Below the pieces are notes generated by a model. The model ran no database searches. It had not been told where the DNA came from and saw only the letters and a program-made list of their open reading frames with translations. Of a stretch of 64,000 nt of DNA, positions 43,550 to 52,811 are shown piece by piece (position 1 is the first letter of the stretch; every line of letters starts with the position of its first letter). Made by a program: the position numbers and the translations under genes. Source of the DNA: an uncultured Candidatus Rokubacteria bacterium (GTDB lineage: Bacteria; Methylomirabilota; Methylomirabilia; Rokubacteriales; CSP1-6); the NCBI GenBank assembly GCA_963754315.1, contig CAVWFS010000008.1, forward strand, positions 544,001 through 608,000. The letters run 5' to 3'.

Positions 43550-45069
43550 TCACGCCGCGGCCTGACCAGCGAGCTGCTGGATCCGGATGATCACGAACTC
43601 GGCGGGCTTGAGCGGTGCGAATCCGACCAGGATGTTGACCACGCCGAGGTTGATGTCGTGCTGCGTGGTGGTTTCTCGATCACACTTCACCAGATACGCT
43701 TCGCGCGGCGTCAGGCCCTGGAAGGCGCCCTGTCGGAAGAGGCCCTGCATGAAGGCGCCCACGTTGAGCCGGATCTGCGCCCACAGCGGCTCGTCGTTGG
43801 GCTCGAAGACGACCCACTTGGTGCCGCGGAAGAGACTCTCCTCGATGAAGAGAGCGAGGCGCCGCACCGGGATGTATTTCCACTCCGAGCCGCGCTCGTC
43901 GTGGCCGTGGAGGGTCCGGGCGCCCCACACCACGGTGCCGTACACAGGAAACGTCCTGATGCAGTTGATCGCCTGCCTGTTCAAGGTGCCGTTCTCGCTG
44001 TCGGTGAGAATGACTCGGGGACGGAGCACTCCCGTCACGCTGGCATCCGTCCCCGCCGGCGCCTTGAACACGCCGCGAGTGGCGTCCGTACGCGCATACA
44101 CGCCGGCCACGAAGCCGCATGGGGGAAGCGCCCGCGGCCGCCCTTCCTGGCGCGGATCGGGCGCCTCCAGCCATGGGAAGTAGAAGGCGGCATTGATGGC
44201 GTCGTCTCCCGTGAGGCCCGACGACGGCCCGGGCTCGCAAGCTCGAGAAGGTCGCGTTGCTCGCGCAGTCGGCGATGAGGAAGGCGCGCCTCTCTCGACA
44301 GTAGTCCTGCAGCGTACCCAGCGTGGTGGCGTCGGTTAGGCCCGGAACACAGAGCAGGTTGAAAAGGTCGACGCGGTCGAGATGGTGGAAACCGCCTGTG
44401 GAGCTATTGAGCTGGTCGTGGAAGGCGGCGGTGGTCGGCTCGAGCACAGTGCCGTCGGAGCCACCCGCGAGCCTGGGCGACGGGGTCGGCGTGTTGGGGG
44501 GGACAGTACCGTCGGTGACGGCGACGTCGACGAGTTGGGATTCGGCGTTGACCACGGTCTGAACGAAGCGCCGGTCGGCGGTCGCCATGGAGAGGTTCTC
44601 GAATGACTCGACGATGACCTCGCTCGCCGGACCCGCCGGTGCGTAGACGACGGCCAGACGGAAACGGGTCGGGTCATCGGCGCGGACCCTGGTGACGATG
44701 CCGTAGTCGCGCGCCCACACGCCAGGGTTCTTCGCAGTGATGGTGAGACGGCCTACGTTGGGGATGGGCGCGGCGCGGATGCACCAAGGAGGCGGGGCTG
44801 GCCTGGTCCGTCAGCCGGATCACATACGCGTCGCTGCCGCCGTTGCCGAAGAACTGATAGACCGCGTAACCGAGCAAGCTGCGCGAATCGAGTCCGCCGA
44901 AGGATCGCTCGAAGTCCGGCCAGCTCAGTACGCGCTGCGCGCGATCGACCGGGCCTCTGGCCGACCAGCCGATGAAGGCAGTGATCGATGTAGCCACCCC
45001 GGTAATCGTCCTGACACCGCTCGGAATTTCTTCGATATAGACGCCGGGGTAACTGACCGTGACGGGCAT
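43550..45069 (-). pseudogene. Contractile tail sheath protein, with frameshifts near 44.75 kb and 44.2 kb
   Basis: MPVTVSYPGVYIEEIPSGVRTITGVATSITAFIG; FNLLCVPG; AGVYARTD..RGV.KAPAG...WGARTL...WKYIPVRRL...VFEPNDEPLW...APLKPAEFVII; SD GGGAGG. Confidence 0.92.
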
Positions 45070-45175
45070 CGCGGCCTCCCTCTCCAGACCGGAATCGTGG
45101 TTGGGGCGACCTCCGAGTTCGTGTCGCTAGAGGCTCCTAGCAGCGCTCTCGATCAACTCACACTCAAACGCCTTT

Positions 45176-45282
45176 CCTTGACTGTGCATCCGGGTTCCCA
45201 AACTTGTCAAGGGCACCACAAATTACGTCAGTGAATGGCCCTAAATGGGATGTCTATGGGCGACCTGAAAATGGGGAACCCG
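45176..45282 (-). promoter_or_regulatory. Candidate eCIS promoter/operator region
   Basis: Perfect TTGACA on the minus strand (45205-45210) within inverted repeat CCTTGAC(45176-82)-N23-GTCAAGG(45206-12); AT-richer spacer; -10 element weak. Confidence 0.4.
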
Positions 45283-45288
45283 AAAAGC

Positions 45289-45666
45289 TTAGAGTCGAGT
45301 TGTGGGGCGCGAGTACACCCAGAGGGCCTCGTGACGAGCGACACGCGCAAATCGGGTTCCGGAATTGACCAGCGCCTGCCACTCGCGCTCCGTGTAGACG
45401 AGCACGTCAGCCGGCACCGGGAGTCGCGTGAGGTCCCACGCAGCGCCACGGCGTACGAACGGAGTCGAAGATTCTCGCACCACGATGATGACGTCGAGGT
45501 CGCTGCCGACTCCCCAGTCTCCGCGCGCGTACGAGCCGAAGTAACCGACGCGAGCCAGATCGGGGCGGATGGCGGCCGTGCCTTCCGCCCAGTCGCTCAA
45601 GGCGCGGATGACCGTGGTCTTGTCAGGCCAGGTGAAGACGGACGAACTCAACGATCTCGCCGGCAA
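45289..45666 (-). CDS. Minimal nucleotidyltransferase (MNT), copy B
   Basis: GYFGSYARGDWGVGSDLDV; TTG start overlapping the HEPN 3' end. Confidence 0.85.
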   Translation of the reverse strand: MPARSLSSSVFTWPDKTTVIRALSDWAEGTAAIRPDLARVGYFGSYARGDWGVGSDLDVIIVVRESSTPFVRRGAAWDLTRLPVPADVLVYTEREWQALVNSGTRFARVARHEALWVYSRPTTRL

Positions 45667-46426
45667 ATTGCAGGGCCTCCTCACTCTGGATAGGGCCGTA
45701 GTGCTCGAACGGCGCGCCCTCCGGGTGGCTGTTCGGGCAGCGTGATGGGATGTAGGCGGTGTCAAGAACCTGCGCTTTGGCCACGAGGTGCGGAGGCTGG
45801 CCCCGACTCTGGCCGATGGAGATGCAGGGCCTTGACCGCTTCTCCGTGAAGGTGTCCAGGTCACGGAGGGCTTGATTGAACCAGTCACCAGCTCGGTTCG
45901 CCATCGGCCCTCAGGATACGCGCCCCTTCGCGAGCGCGTCCATTTCGTTCAGGACGTCTCGTCAGCCTGAGGGCGCGAAGCCGTGGGCCTGCATGGCGCG
46001 CCGGTACGCGACGGCCAGCGCGTCGAACGTCAAGTGGAGCTCATCGGCCAGATCGAACGGCACCTGCTCCGGGCGCTGTGACTCGACCACGCGCTGGTCC
46101 TGGTCGAAGATGGTGCGCTCGAACGCTTGCATGACCTCGTCGGGCTGGTCGAGGTTGTAGTTACGGGCAACGAGGCAGTAGCCGACGCAGGAGTCCTCGG
46201 CAACCGGCTGTGAGGCAAAGAAGTAGAGCATTTTCTCGTCCCCACCCCAGTCGATGTGCTCGACGATCGTGTAGGGCAGGTGCAGGGCGTAGCGCGTGGT
46301 GCGCGTGGGCGCCTTCCGCTCCTCGGCTGCGAACACGGGAAAATCCTCGGTGTTCGGGGCATCCGGTCGCACGTACTCGTACCGGAGCACGTGTCCTTCC
46401 CGCTGCACCGAATAGGGCGCCACCAC
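45585..46426. repeat. Right copy of long direct repeat (842 bp including 191 bp absent from the left copy)
   Basis: Matches 21633-22283 at offsets 23952 and 24143. Confidence 0.95.
45623..45904 (-). pseudogene. HEPN domain protein, internally deleted/degenerate
   Basis: HEPN-like ends (NRAGDWFNQALRDL; LD..YIPSR.PNSHPEGAPFEHYG..QSEEA) but only 93 aa; the AVKALHLH helix is readable only in a shifted frame. Confidence 0.7.
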
Positions 46427-46978
46427 AGCCTGCGCCGGATCTCCCAGCAAGCCCTCGTGCACGAAGGCGAAGTGGCCGAAGTCGGTGAAGTTTTCGATCT
46501 GGCGCGAGGCATCGCAGCGCCAGGCGAAGGGGCCGGTGGCTACCACGCGCCAGTGCGCGTCCTCCAGCTCCGACACATCAGGTAACGACCAGCAGGGATC
46601 ATCGAGGGCGACCCAGAGGAGACCGTAGCGCTGCCGGCAACGATAGGCGGTCGCCCGAGCCTTGGCGGGGACGCGCGTGGGATCCTGCAGTTGGGGGATG
46701 GCGCTGCAGGAGCCGTCTCTCCGATAGCGCCAGCCGTGGTAAGGGCAGACGATCTCGTCGCCCGCGACGCGGCCCAGCGAAAGCGCGGTGCCCCGATGGC
46801 TGCAGACGTCGCGGAAGGCATGGGCCACCCCCTGAGAATCCCGCCAGAGCGCGAGCGGCTCGCCGAGCAGGGTTGCGGATCGAGGTCGCTCCGTCACCTC
46901 GTGCTCGTAAGCCACCGGATGCCAGCAACGCCGGAGGGCGGCCAGGTGTGGAGCCATCGAGACCGGCGCGGTGCTCAT
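45962..46978 (-). CDS. Rieske non-heme iron oxygenase (VanA / demethylase-like alpha subunit)
   Basis: WHPVA, DVCSHRG..LSLG, CPYHGW, ENFTDFGHFAFVH, QDQRVVESQRP. Confidence 0.9.
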   Translation of the reverse strand: MSTAPVSMAPHLAALRRCWHPVAYEHEVTERPRSATLLGEPLALWRDSQGVAHAFRDVCSHRGTALSLGRVAGDEIVCPYHGWRYRRDGSCSAIPQLQDPTRVPAKARATAYRCRQRYGLLWVALDDPCWSLPDVSELEDAHWRVVATGPFAWRCDASRQIENFTDFGHFAFVHEGLLGDPAQAVVAPYSVQREGHVLRYEYVRPDAPNTEDFPVFAAEERKAPTRTTRYALHLPYTIVEHIDWGGDEKMLYFFASQPVAEDSCVGYCLVARNYNLDQPDEVMQAFERTIFDQDQRVVESQRPEQVPFDLADELHLTFDALAVAYRRAMQAHGFAPSG

Positions 46979-47059
46979 CGCGTGCGATCGTACGCCCATC
47001 GGCGACCTCGACGAAAGCGGTGTCCGTCATGGGGCGCCCGCCGTCTTACAATGCCGGCC

Positions 47060-48058
47060 ATGACCTCGTCGCGGATCGGCATTGCGTTCACGGGTGGGCT
47101 GACTCCGCCCGAGATCGTCGAGTGCGTCAGGCTGGCGGAGGAGCTCGGCTACGAGTCGGCATGGATGACGGAGGGGCACGGAGGCGACCAGTTTGCCATC
47201 CTCGCCGCGTGTGCCGTGGCCACTCGGACCATCAAGCTCGGCACCGCCATCAGCAGCGTCTTCGTGCGGAGTGCGCCCACCATCGCCATGGCCGCGGCCA
47301 CCGTCGATCACCTGTCGGGCGGGCGGTTTGTCCTTGGCCTCGGGTCGAGCCACCGCGTCCAGGTCGAGGGCGAGCACGGCATCCCGTTCGTCCAGCCGGT
47401 CCAGCGTCTGCGGGAGACGATCGAGATCGTGCGGGCACTCCTCCGCGACGGCACCGTGTCCTTTCAGGGTCGCGTTATCGGAATCGAACGCTTTGATCTC
47501 TGGTTCACCCCGGGCCGTCGAGAGATTCCCGTCTTCGTGGCGGCGCTCTTTGGGCCCCTCCTGGAGGCCTGTGGGGAGATGGCCAACGGCGTCATCCTGA
47601 CCTGGAGTACCTTGGAGGCCGCCCGCCGGGCGGCCGAACCTGTCACGAGAGGGGCGCACCGGGCTGGGCGCCGCCCGGAGGACGTCGAGATCGTCTCGCT
47701 GCTGCCGTGCTACGTGGCTGCGAGCCGCGCGGAAGCGCGTGATCAGATGCGCCCGTCGGTGGCGCTCTATGCGGGGTTCTTCCCCCGCTACAATCGCTTG
47801 CTCGCCGAGAGCGGGTTCCCCGACGCGGCCCGCGCCATCAAGCGGGAGTGGGACACGGGCGATCGAACCGCAGCCGCCCGGGCCGTGCCCGATTCGCTCG
47901 TGGACGCGGTGGCGGTCGTCGGCACTCCCGACGAATGCCGGACGCGGGTCGAAGAGTATCGCCACGCGGGGCTGGCGCTGCCCATCATCAGTCCACGGGC
48001 CAGCGGCCCCGCCGGCAAGCACATGGTCATGCAGGCCTTGCGGGCGTGCGCGCCATGA
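47060..48058 (+). CDS. LLM class flavin-dependent oxidoreductase
   Basis: AEELGYESAWMTE, T.TIKLGTAI, AATVDHLSGGRFVLGLG. Confidence 0.9.
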   Translation: MTSSRIGIAFTGGLTPPEIVECVRLAEELGYESAWMTEGHGGDQFAILAACAVATRTIKLGTAISSVFVRSAPTIAMAAATVDHLSGGRFVLGLGSSHRVQVEGEHGIPFVQPVQRLRETIEIVRALLRDGTVSFQGRVIGIERFDLWFTPGRREIPVFVAALFGPLLEACGEMANGVILTWSTLEAARRAAEPVTRGAHRAGRRPEDVEIVSLLPCYVAASRAEARDQMRPSVALYAGFFPRYNRLLAESGFPDAARAIKREWDTGDRTAAARAVPDSLVDAVAVVGTPDECRTRVEEYRHAGLALPIISPRASGPAGKHMVMQALRACAP

Positions 48059-48552
48059 GTGATGTCCCGGCCCCGCTTGACCTCTATCGTGACGTGGTGA
48101 GATCCGACTGGATTGACCACAACGGACACATGAACGTGGGCTACTACCTGGTGGTCTTCGACTTCGCCACCGACGCCTGGATGGACTTCATCGGGCTGAC
48201 CCGCGCCCACCGCCGGGCGCACGGAGTGAGCACGTTCTGCCTGGAAGCCCACGTCACCTACGCGCGGGAAGTGGGCAAGGGCGATCCGCTCCGCTTCACC
48301 ACGCGCCTGTTGGACTATGATGAAAAGCGCATCCACTACTTCCACGAGATGTACCACGCCACCGAGGGCTACCTGGCATCCACGAACGAGCTCATGTCAT
48401 TGCACGTGAGCCAGGAGACCCGGCGGGCAGCCCCCATGGCGCCCTCGGTCCTCGAATGGCTGGCGCGGGTCAGAGAAGCGCACGCGATCTTGCCGCCCTC
48501 GCCCCACGTTGGCCGCGTCATGGGCCTTCGCGCGAAACCGACCACCCGGTAG
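48055..48552 (+). CDS. Thioesterase family protein (4HBT hot-dog fold)
   Basis: WIDHNGHMNVGYY..VFD.ATD, LEAHVTY.REV, DEKRIH.FH. Confidence 0.88.
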   Translation: MSDVPAPLDLYRDVVRSDWIDHNGHMNVGYYLVVFDFATDAWMDFIGLTRAHRRAHGVSTFCLEAHVTYAREVGKGDPLRFTTRLLDYDEKRIHYFHEMYHATEGYLASTNELMSLHVSQETRRAAPMAPSVLEWLARVREAHAILPPSPHVGRVMGLRAKPTTR

Positions 48553-48561
48553 AGGAGAACC

Positions 48562-48834
48562 ATGCTGTACATGATCATCGAGCGCTTCAAGGATCGAAAC
48601 GCGGTGCCCGTGTATCGGCGCTTTCGCGATCAGGGCCGGCTGGCCCCCGACGGGCTCACGTACATCTCGAGCTGGGTCACCACGGACCTCACGACGTGCT
48701 ATCAGCTCATGGAATGCGGGGATCCGAAGCTGCTGGAACGGTGGACCGAGCGCTGGCGCGATCTGGTGGACTTTGAGGTTTTGCCCGTCATCACCTCGGC
48801 GGAAGCCGTCAAGCAGATCGCGCCGCGGCTGTAG
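48562..48834 (+). CDS. DUF3303 family protein
   Basis: YMIIERF...VYRRF...GRL.PDGL.YISSWV...CYQLME...W.DLVDFEV.PV; SD GAGGAG. Confidence 0.8.
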   Translation: MLYMIIERFKDRNAVPVYRRFRDQGRLAPDGLTYISSWVTTDLTTCYQLMECGDPKLLERWTERWRDLVDFEVLPVITSAEAVKQIAPRL

Positions 48835-49720
48835 CCGCGACGGCTGGACGAATTTTGGTCGCCACCAGGTCCAGAAGCTCCAGCATCTTCCCGAGGTCGT
48901 CGCGTCGAAAATCGATCACGAGGTGATGCAGACCGAGCCGCTTGTAGGCGGCGAGCCGGTCGATGACGACCTGAGCTCCCTGGGCCAAGAGATCGTCAGT
49001 GAGGCTGAAGCGCAGCGACAGCGTGATCGACTCCCACGGGCGCTTGGCGGCGTCTGCCACGCTGCGCAGACGCTCCAGCCCCTCGCGCAACTCGTCGGGT
49101 GTCTTGGACGTCGCGTGCCAGCCGTCGCCGAGAGCGACCACGCGCTGGAGCGCGCCCTGGCTATCGCCGCCCACCCACAGGGGCGGGTGAGGCTTCTGCA
49201 CGGGCTTGGGAGCGAAGCCGAGGTCACGGAAACGGAAGAAGTCGCCCTCGAAGCGCGGATTGTTTGCCGTCCACAGCTCCTTGAGGATCTTGACGATCTC
49301 GTCGGCCTGCCGTCCGCGCCTGTGGAAGGGTACCCCCAGGATCTCCAGTTCCTCCTTCCACCAGCCCACGCCGATCCCGCAGATCAGCCGCCCTTCAGAG
49401 AGTGTGTCGATGGTGGTGAGCATCTTGGCCATCACCACGGGGTGGCGATGGCCGAGGATGAACACCGACGCTCCCAGCCGCGCCTCGGTCGTGCAGACGG
49501 CAGCGGCGGCCAGGGCGGCTACCGGCTCGAGATAGGCCTTGTCGGGCGGGTGGGGGAAACGCCCACCCGGATAGCTGCCCGTCGCCGAGCGGGGGAACAC
49601 CACATGATCGCTCACCCAGAGCGATGCCATGTGGTGCCGCTCCGCCTCACGCGCGAACGTCAGCAGGGCCGCGCGGGTCGCCACGGGGCCCTGCGTGGGG
49701 AGATGACAGCCGATGTCCAT
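48809..49720 (-). CDS. LLM class F420-dependent-like oxidoreductase
   Basis: SLWVSDHVV, AK...TID.LSEGRLI.GIGVGW..EE, PKPVQKPHPPLWVGG. Confidence 0.88.
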   Translation of the reverse strand: MDIGCHLPTQGPVATRAALLTFAREAERHHMASLWVSDHVVFPRSATGSYPGGRFPHPPDKAYLEPVAALAAAAVCTTEARLGASVFILGHRHPVVMAKMLTTIDTLSEGRLICGIGVGWWKEELEILGVPFHRRGRQADEIVKILKELWTANNPRFEGDFFRFRDLGFAPKPVQKPHPPLWVGGDSQGALQRVVALGDGWHATSKTPDELREGLERLRSVADAAKRPWESITLSLRFSLTDDLLAQGAQVVIDRLAAYKRLGLHHLVIDFRRDDLGKMLELLDLVATKIRPAVAATAAARSA

Positions 49721-49727
49721 CGCGGTC

Positions 49728-50885
49728 CTACTTGTCGGCGATGCGGACAGCCGCGGAGCCACCGTTCAGCTTGATTTGATGGCCGGAGTCCTTGAGGGTG
49801 GTCCCGTTCCAGTCGAAGATCTGGAGGTTCTTTTCGACCATGTTGCCGACCAGAATGATCCGCCCGTCCGTCGAGAACGCCACGCCTTGTGACCAGTGGC
49901 CGATGGGGGCCTCCGCCACCTTGGTGAGCTTGGTGCCATCGGCGCGGAAGAGCACGAGCTTGCCGTTGTCGGCGAAGAACGGCGACGTTTTCGCCTTGTT
50001 GCTGCCGTTCATGACCACCACGCCCACCCACTTGCCGTCGGGGGAGATCTTGATGCCTTCCGGAGTCTGACCGACCGTGATGGTGTCGACCACCCGTACG
50101 GGCTTTGCCTGCATGTCCATCACGCTGATGGTGTCGCTGTCTCCGCCGCCCCGGCCGATGTTGGCCACCACCGCGTACTTGCCGTCCGAGCTGATGTCGA
50201 GGCCGTAGGGGCGAAGGCCGGCGTTCACATCGCGCTTGGTGTACTCGACCTTGGTGCCGTCGACGGACAGCACGGAGACCCGATCGTCGCCGTCGCGCGA
50301 GACGAGGGCAGTCTTGCCGTCGGGGCTGAACGCCACGTGACTGGCGCCGATCTTCTCGTCGCCGAGCTTGAGGGTGCCCGCGGGAGTCACCGTCTTGCCA
50401 GCGATGGTGAAGATCGACAGCGTGCCCTCCGAGCGGTTGGCCACGATGGCGAGGTTGCCCTGCCGGTTGATGGAGAGCCCTGCCGGTCCCTTGCCCGTCT
50501 CCAGGGTGGCAACGACTTGAGGCGGAGAGGCCTTCAGATCGATGACCGACAGACGGTTGTCCGGAATCTGCTTGGTCGGGTCGCTCGGATCGATCTTCAT
50601 GGCAGCGGTGACGAGGGCGAGGCTCTCGTCCGGAGTGATGGCCACGCTCAAGGGGGGACCCACCACGCTCGTGGGCGCAGTGATCTCCGCGACCAGTCGC
50701 GGCGGATATTGCCGCATGTCGATCACGGACACCGTGTCCACCGCCGGATTCCGGACGACGGTACCCACACCGTCGACGAGCACGACTTTGTTGTCGTTGG
50801 CGGAAAGAGCCAGCTGGGCTTCCGCCGTGACTGGGCCCAGTCCCAAGGTTACGAAGAGCAACGCGGGCAACACGAGACGCATCAT
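49728..50885 (-). CDS. Secreted YncE/YVTN-type beta-propeller protein
   Basis: Signal peptide (MRLVLPALLFVTLGL..AEA), repeated 'TVSVID' and 'P.G..ISPDG' blades. Confidence 0.82.
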   Translation of the reverse strand: MMRLVLPALLFVTLGLGPVTAEAQLALSANDNKVVLVDGVGTVVRNPAVDTVSVIDMRQYPPRLVAEITAPTSVVGPPLSVAITPDESLALVTAAMKIDPSDPTKQIPDNRLSVIDLKASPPQVVATLETGKGPAGLSINRQGNLAIVANRSEGTLSIFTIAGKTVTPAGTLKLGDEKIGASHVAFSPDGKTALVSRDGDDRVSVLSVDGTKVEYTKRDVNAGLRPYGLDISSDGKYAVVANIGRGGGDSDTISVMDMQAKPVRVVDTITVGQTPEGIKISPDGKWVGVVVMNGSNKAKTSPFFADNGKLVLFRADGTKLTKVAEAPIGHWSQGVAFSTDGRIILVGNMVEKNLQIFDWNGTTLKDSGHQIKLNGGSAAVRIADK

Positions 50886-50968
50886 TGCAGCCTCCTTGCA
50901 CGCCCTGGATGGACTCGGCGATCTTAGTCGACCTTTCCACCAGCCGGCAAGGCCGCTACCATGCGGGC

Positions 50969-51613
50969 ATGGACCCGCCCTGGGAGCATCCCGACTGGTA
51001 TGACCTTCACGACACGGCCTGGACTGCCGGCTCCGAGCGGGAGCCGGAGCACTACCGCGAGCTGGTCCTCGCGCTGCCACCCCTCGGCAGGGAGGATCAT
51101 CTGGTCGACGTGGGGGCGGGAACGGGCAAACTCGCGGCCCTTATCGCGCGCGGCTACCCTCGCCTCGGGCGAGTGACCTTGCTGGAGCCGAACGCCGACA
51201 AGGTCGAGCGTGCGGTCGCACGGGTCCGCGAGATCCTGCCGAGCTCCACGGTGGAGCCAGTCCGGCATGGAATCGGCGAGGGCCGGCCGCTCGCTGATCT
51301 CGGGGCGACGGTGGCCACGGTGGGCAGCGTCTTCATGCCCATGCTCGAGCTGCGCGGCGGTTCGCTGGCCGATGGCCTCCGCTGGTTGCGGGCATCGCTC
51401 GAGGATATCCGCGCAATGCTTCGCCCCGGCGGCTGGCTCTACGTCCTCGAGACGTTGGCCGCACCCTGGGTCGGCGGCACGCTCGACGACCCTGCACGCC
51501 GCCTTACGATGGCAGAGCTGTCAGCCGAGATCGGTCGCGCCGACTTCGAAGCGCTGGAGTGCGTCTACCGTTTTCGCGACCGCGTGACCTTCCGCGCCCG
51601 CCGGCCCGCCTAG
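50969..51613 (+). CDS. Class I SAM-dependent methyltransferase
   Basis: LVDVGAGTG, LLEPN, MLRPGGWL. Confidence 0.78.
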   Translation: MDPPWEHPDWYDLHDTAWTAGSEREPEHYRELVLALPPLGREDHLVDVGAGTGKLAALIARGYPRLGRVTLLEPNADKVERAVARVREILPSSTVEPVRHGIGEGRPLADLGATVATVGSVFMPMLELRGGSLADGLRWLRASLEDIRAMLRPGGWLYVLETLAAPWVGGTLDDPARRLTMAELSAEIGRADFEALECVYRFRDRVTFRARRPA

Positions 51614-51617
51614 CTTC

Positions 51618-51690
51618 GGGGGGCCCTTTCGAGGCCCCGCCGGCTGGCGCGATCCAGAGGGGTGCCACGGGGGCCCTTTCGAGGCCCCCC
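51618..51690. repeat. REP-like element: two copies of GGGGGCCCTTTCGAGGCCCC around a conserved spacer
   Basis: Copies at 51618-51638 and 51669-51690 between convergent genes; reverse-complement copy at 57574-57596. Confidence 0.75.
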
Positions 51691-51696
51691 ATATGA

Positions 51697-52788
51697 TCAA
51701 TACCGCTCTAGATCCAGATCGAGCAGGGGGAATGCGCTCGTCGCGTGAGCCGGACCCACTGGTGTCGCGGCGTGCAGATACGAGCGGTCCAGGGCGGCCA
51801 GGTTGCTCACGCCGAGCAGGCCCATGCAGATACGGATCTCGTCCTCCAGGAGCTCCAGTGCGCGCACCAGACCAGGCGCCCCTGCTGCAGCGAGCCCGAG
51901 GCACTCGAGCCGGCCCACGCCCACCGCGTTCGCCCCGAGAGCGATCGCCTTGACGACATCGGTCCCCCGCAAGAAACCTCCATCGACGATGATTGCCGCG
52001 TGCCCGGCTACCGCAGCGACGACCTCGGGCAGAACCTCGATGCTGCCGCGCCCGTGATCGAGCTGGCGTCCTCCGTGGTTGGAAACGTAAACGACCTCCA
52101 CGCCGTGCTCACACGCCATGACGGCGTCCTCGGCCGTGGCGATGCCTTTCAGGATCAGCGGCACATCGTGCTTGTCCTTGAAGCGCTTCACGTGTTCCCA
52201 GCTCAACGCCGCCTGGAACTCTTGACCGCTTGCCCGCGTCCGCCAGGGCTTCACGAAGCGCCGGGCCAGATCACGCTCGCGACGGCTGTACGAGGCGGTG
52301 TCCACGGTGAGGCAAAAGGCCGCGTAGCCGTTGTCGATGGCGCGCTTGACGTGGTCGTCCACCCACCCGTCGTCGCCCCGGACGTAGAGCTGGAAGATAC
52401 GGAAGTTATCGGCGGCCGCGGCCACCGCCTCCAGACCGGGGTTGCACACGGAGCTCAGCATCTGGGGGACGCCGAACTCGGCAGAGGCTTGCGCCGCCGT
52501 GGCTCCTCCGCCCGCCGTGAATGTCTCGATGGAGCCGATGGGGGCCAGCATCACCGGAATGCGAGCGGGTCGACCGAGGAGGGTCGTCTTGCAGTCGATC
52601 CTGGATACGTCCCTCAGAACGCGCGGTCTGAACGCCAGCGCGTCGAGCGCCTGGCGGTTGCGCCGGAGTGTCGTCTCCGTCTCCGCCCCGCCCACCAGAT
52701 AGTCCCACGGTCCGGGCGCCAGGTTGACGCGGGCGGCCTTCACGATTTCGTGCAAGGTCTGGAACTTGTCGTCGAGGTTGGAAGCCAT
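51697..52788 (-). CDS. FMN-dependent alpha-hydroxy-acid oxidase/dehydrogenase
   Basis: GGAE.E.TLRRN, PRVLRDVS, FQLY, LTVD, ILKGI, VSNHGGRQLD, DGGFLRGTDVVKA.ALGA. Confidence 0.93.
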   Translation of the reverse strand: MASNLDDKFQTLHEIVKAARVNLAPGPWDYLVGGAETETTLRRNRQALDALAFRPRVLRDVSRIDCKTTLLGRPARIPVMLAPIGSIETFTAGGGATAAQASAEFGVPQMLSSVCNPGLEAVAAAADNFRIFQLYVRGDDGWVDDHVKRAIDNGYAAFCLTVDTASYSRRERDLARRFVKPWRTRASGQEFQAALSWEHVKRFKDKHDVPLILKGIATAEDAVMACEHGVEVVYVSNHGGRQLDHGRGSIEVLPEVVAAVAGHAAIIVDGGFLRGTDVVKAIALGANAVGVGRLECLGLAAAGAPGLVRALELLEDEIRICMGLLGVSNLAALDRSYLHAATPVGPAHATSAFPLLDLDLERY

Positions 52789-52811
52789 GTTGCTTGATAT
52801 AGCATAAGTTC

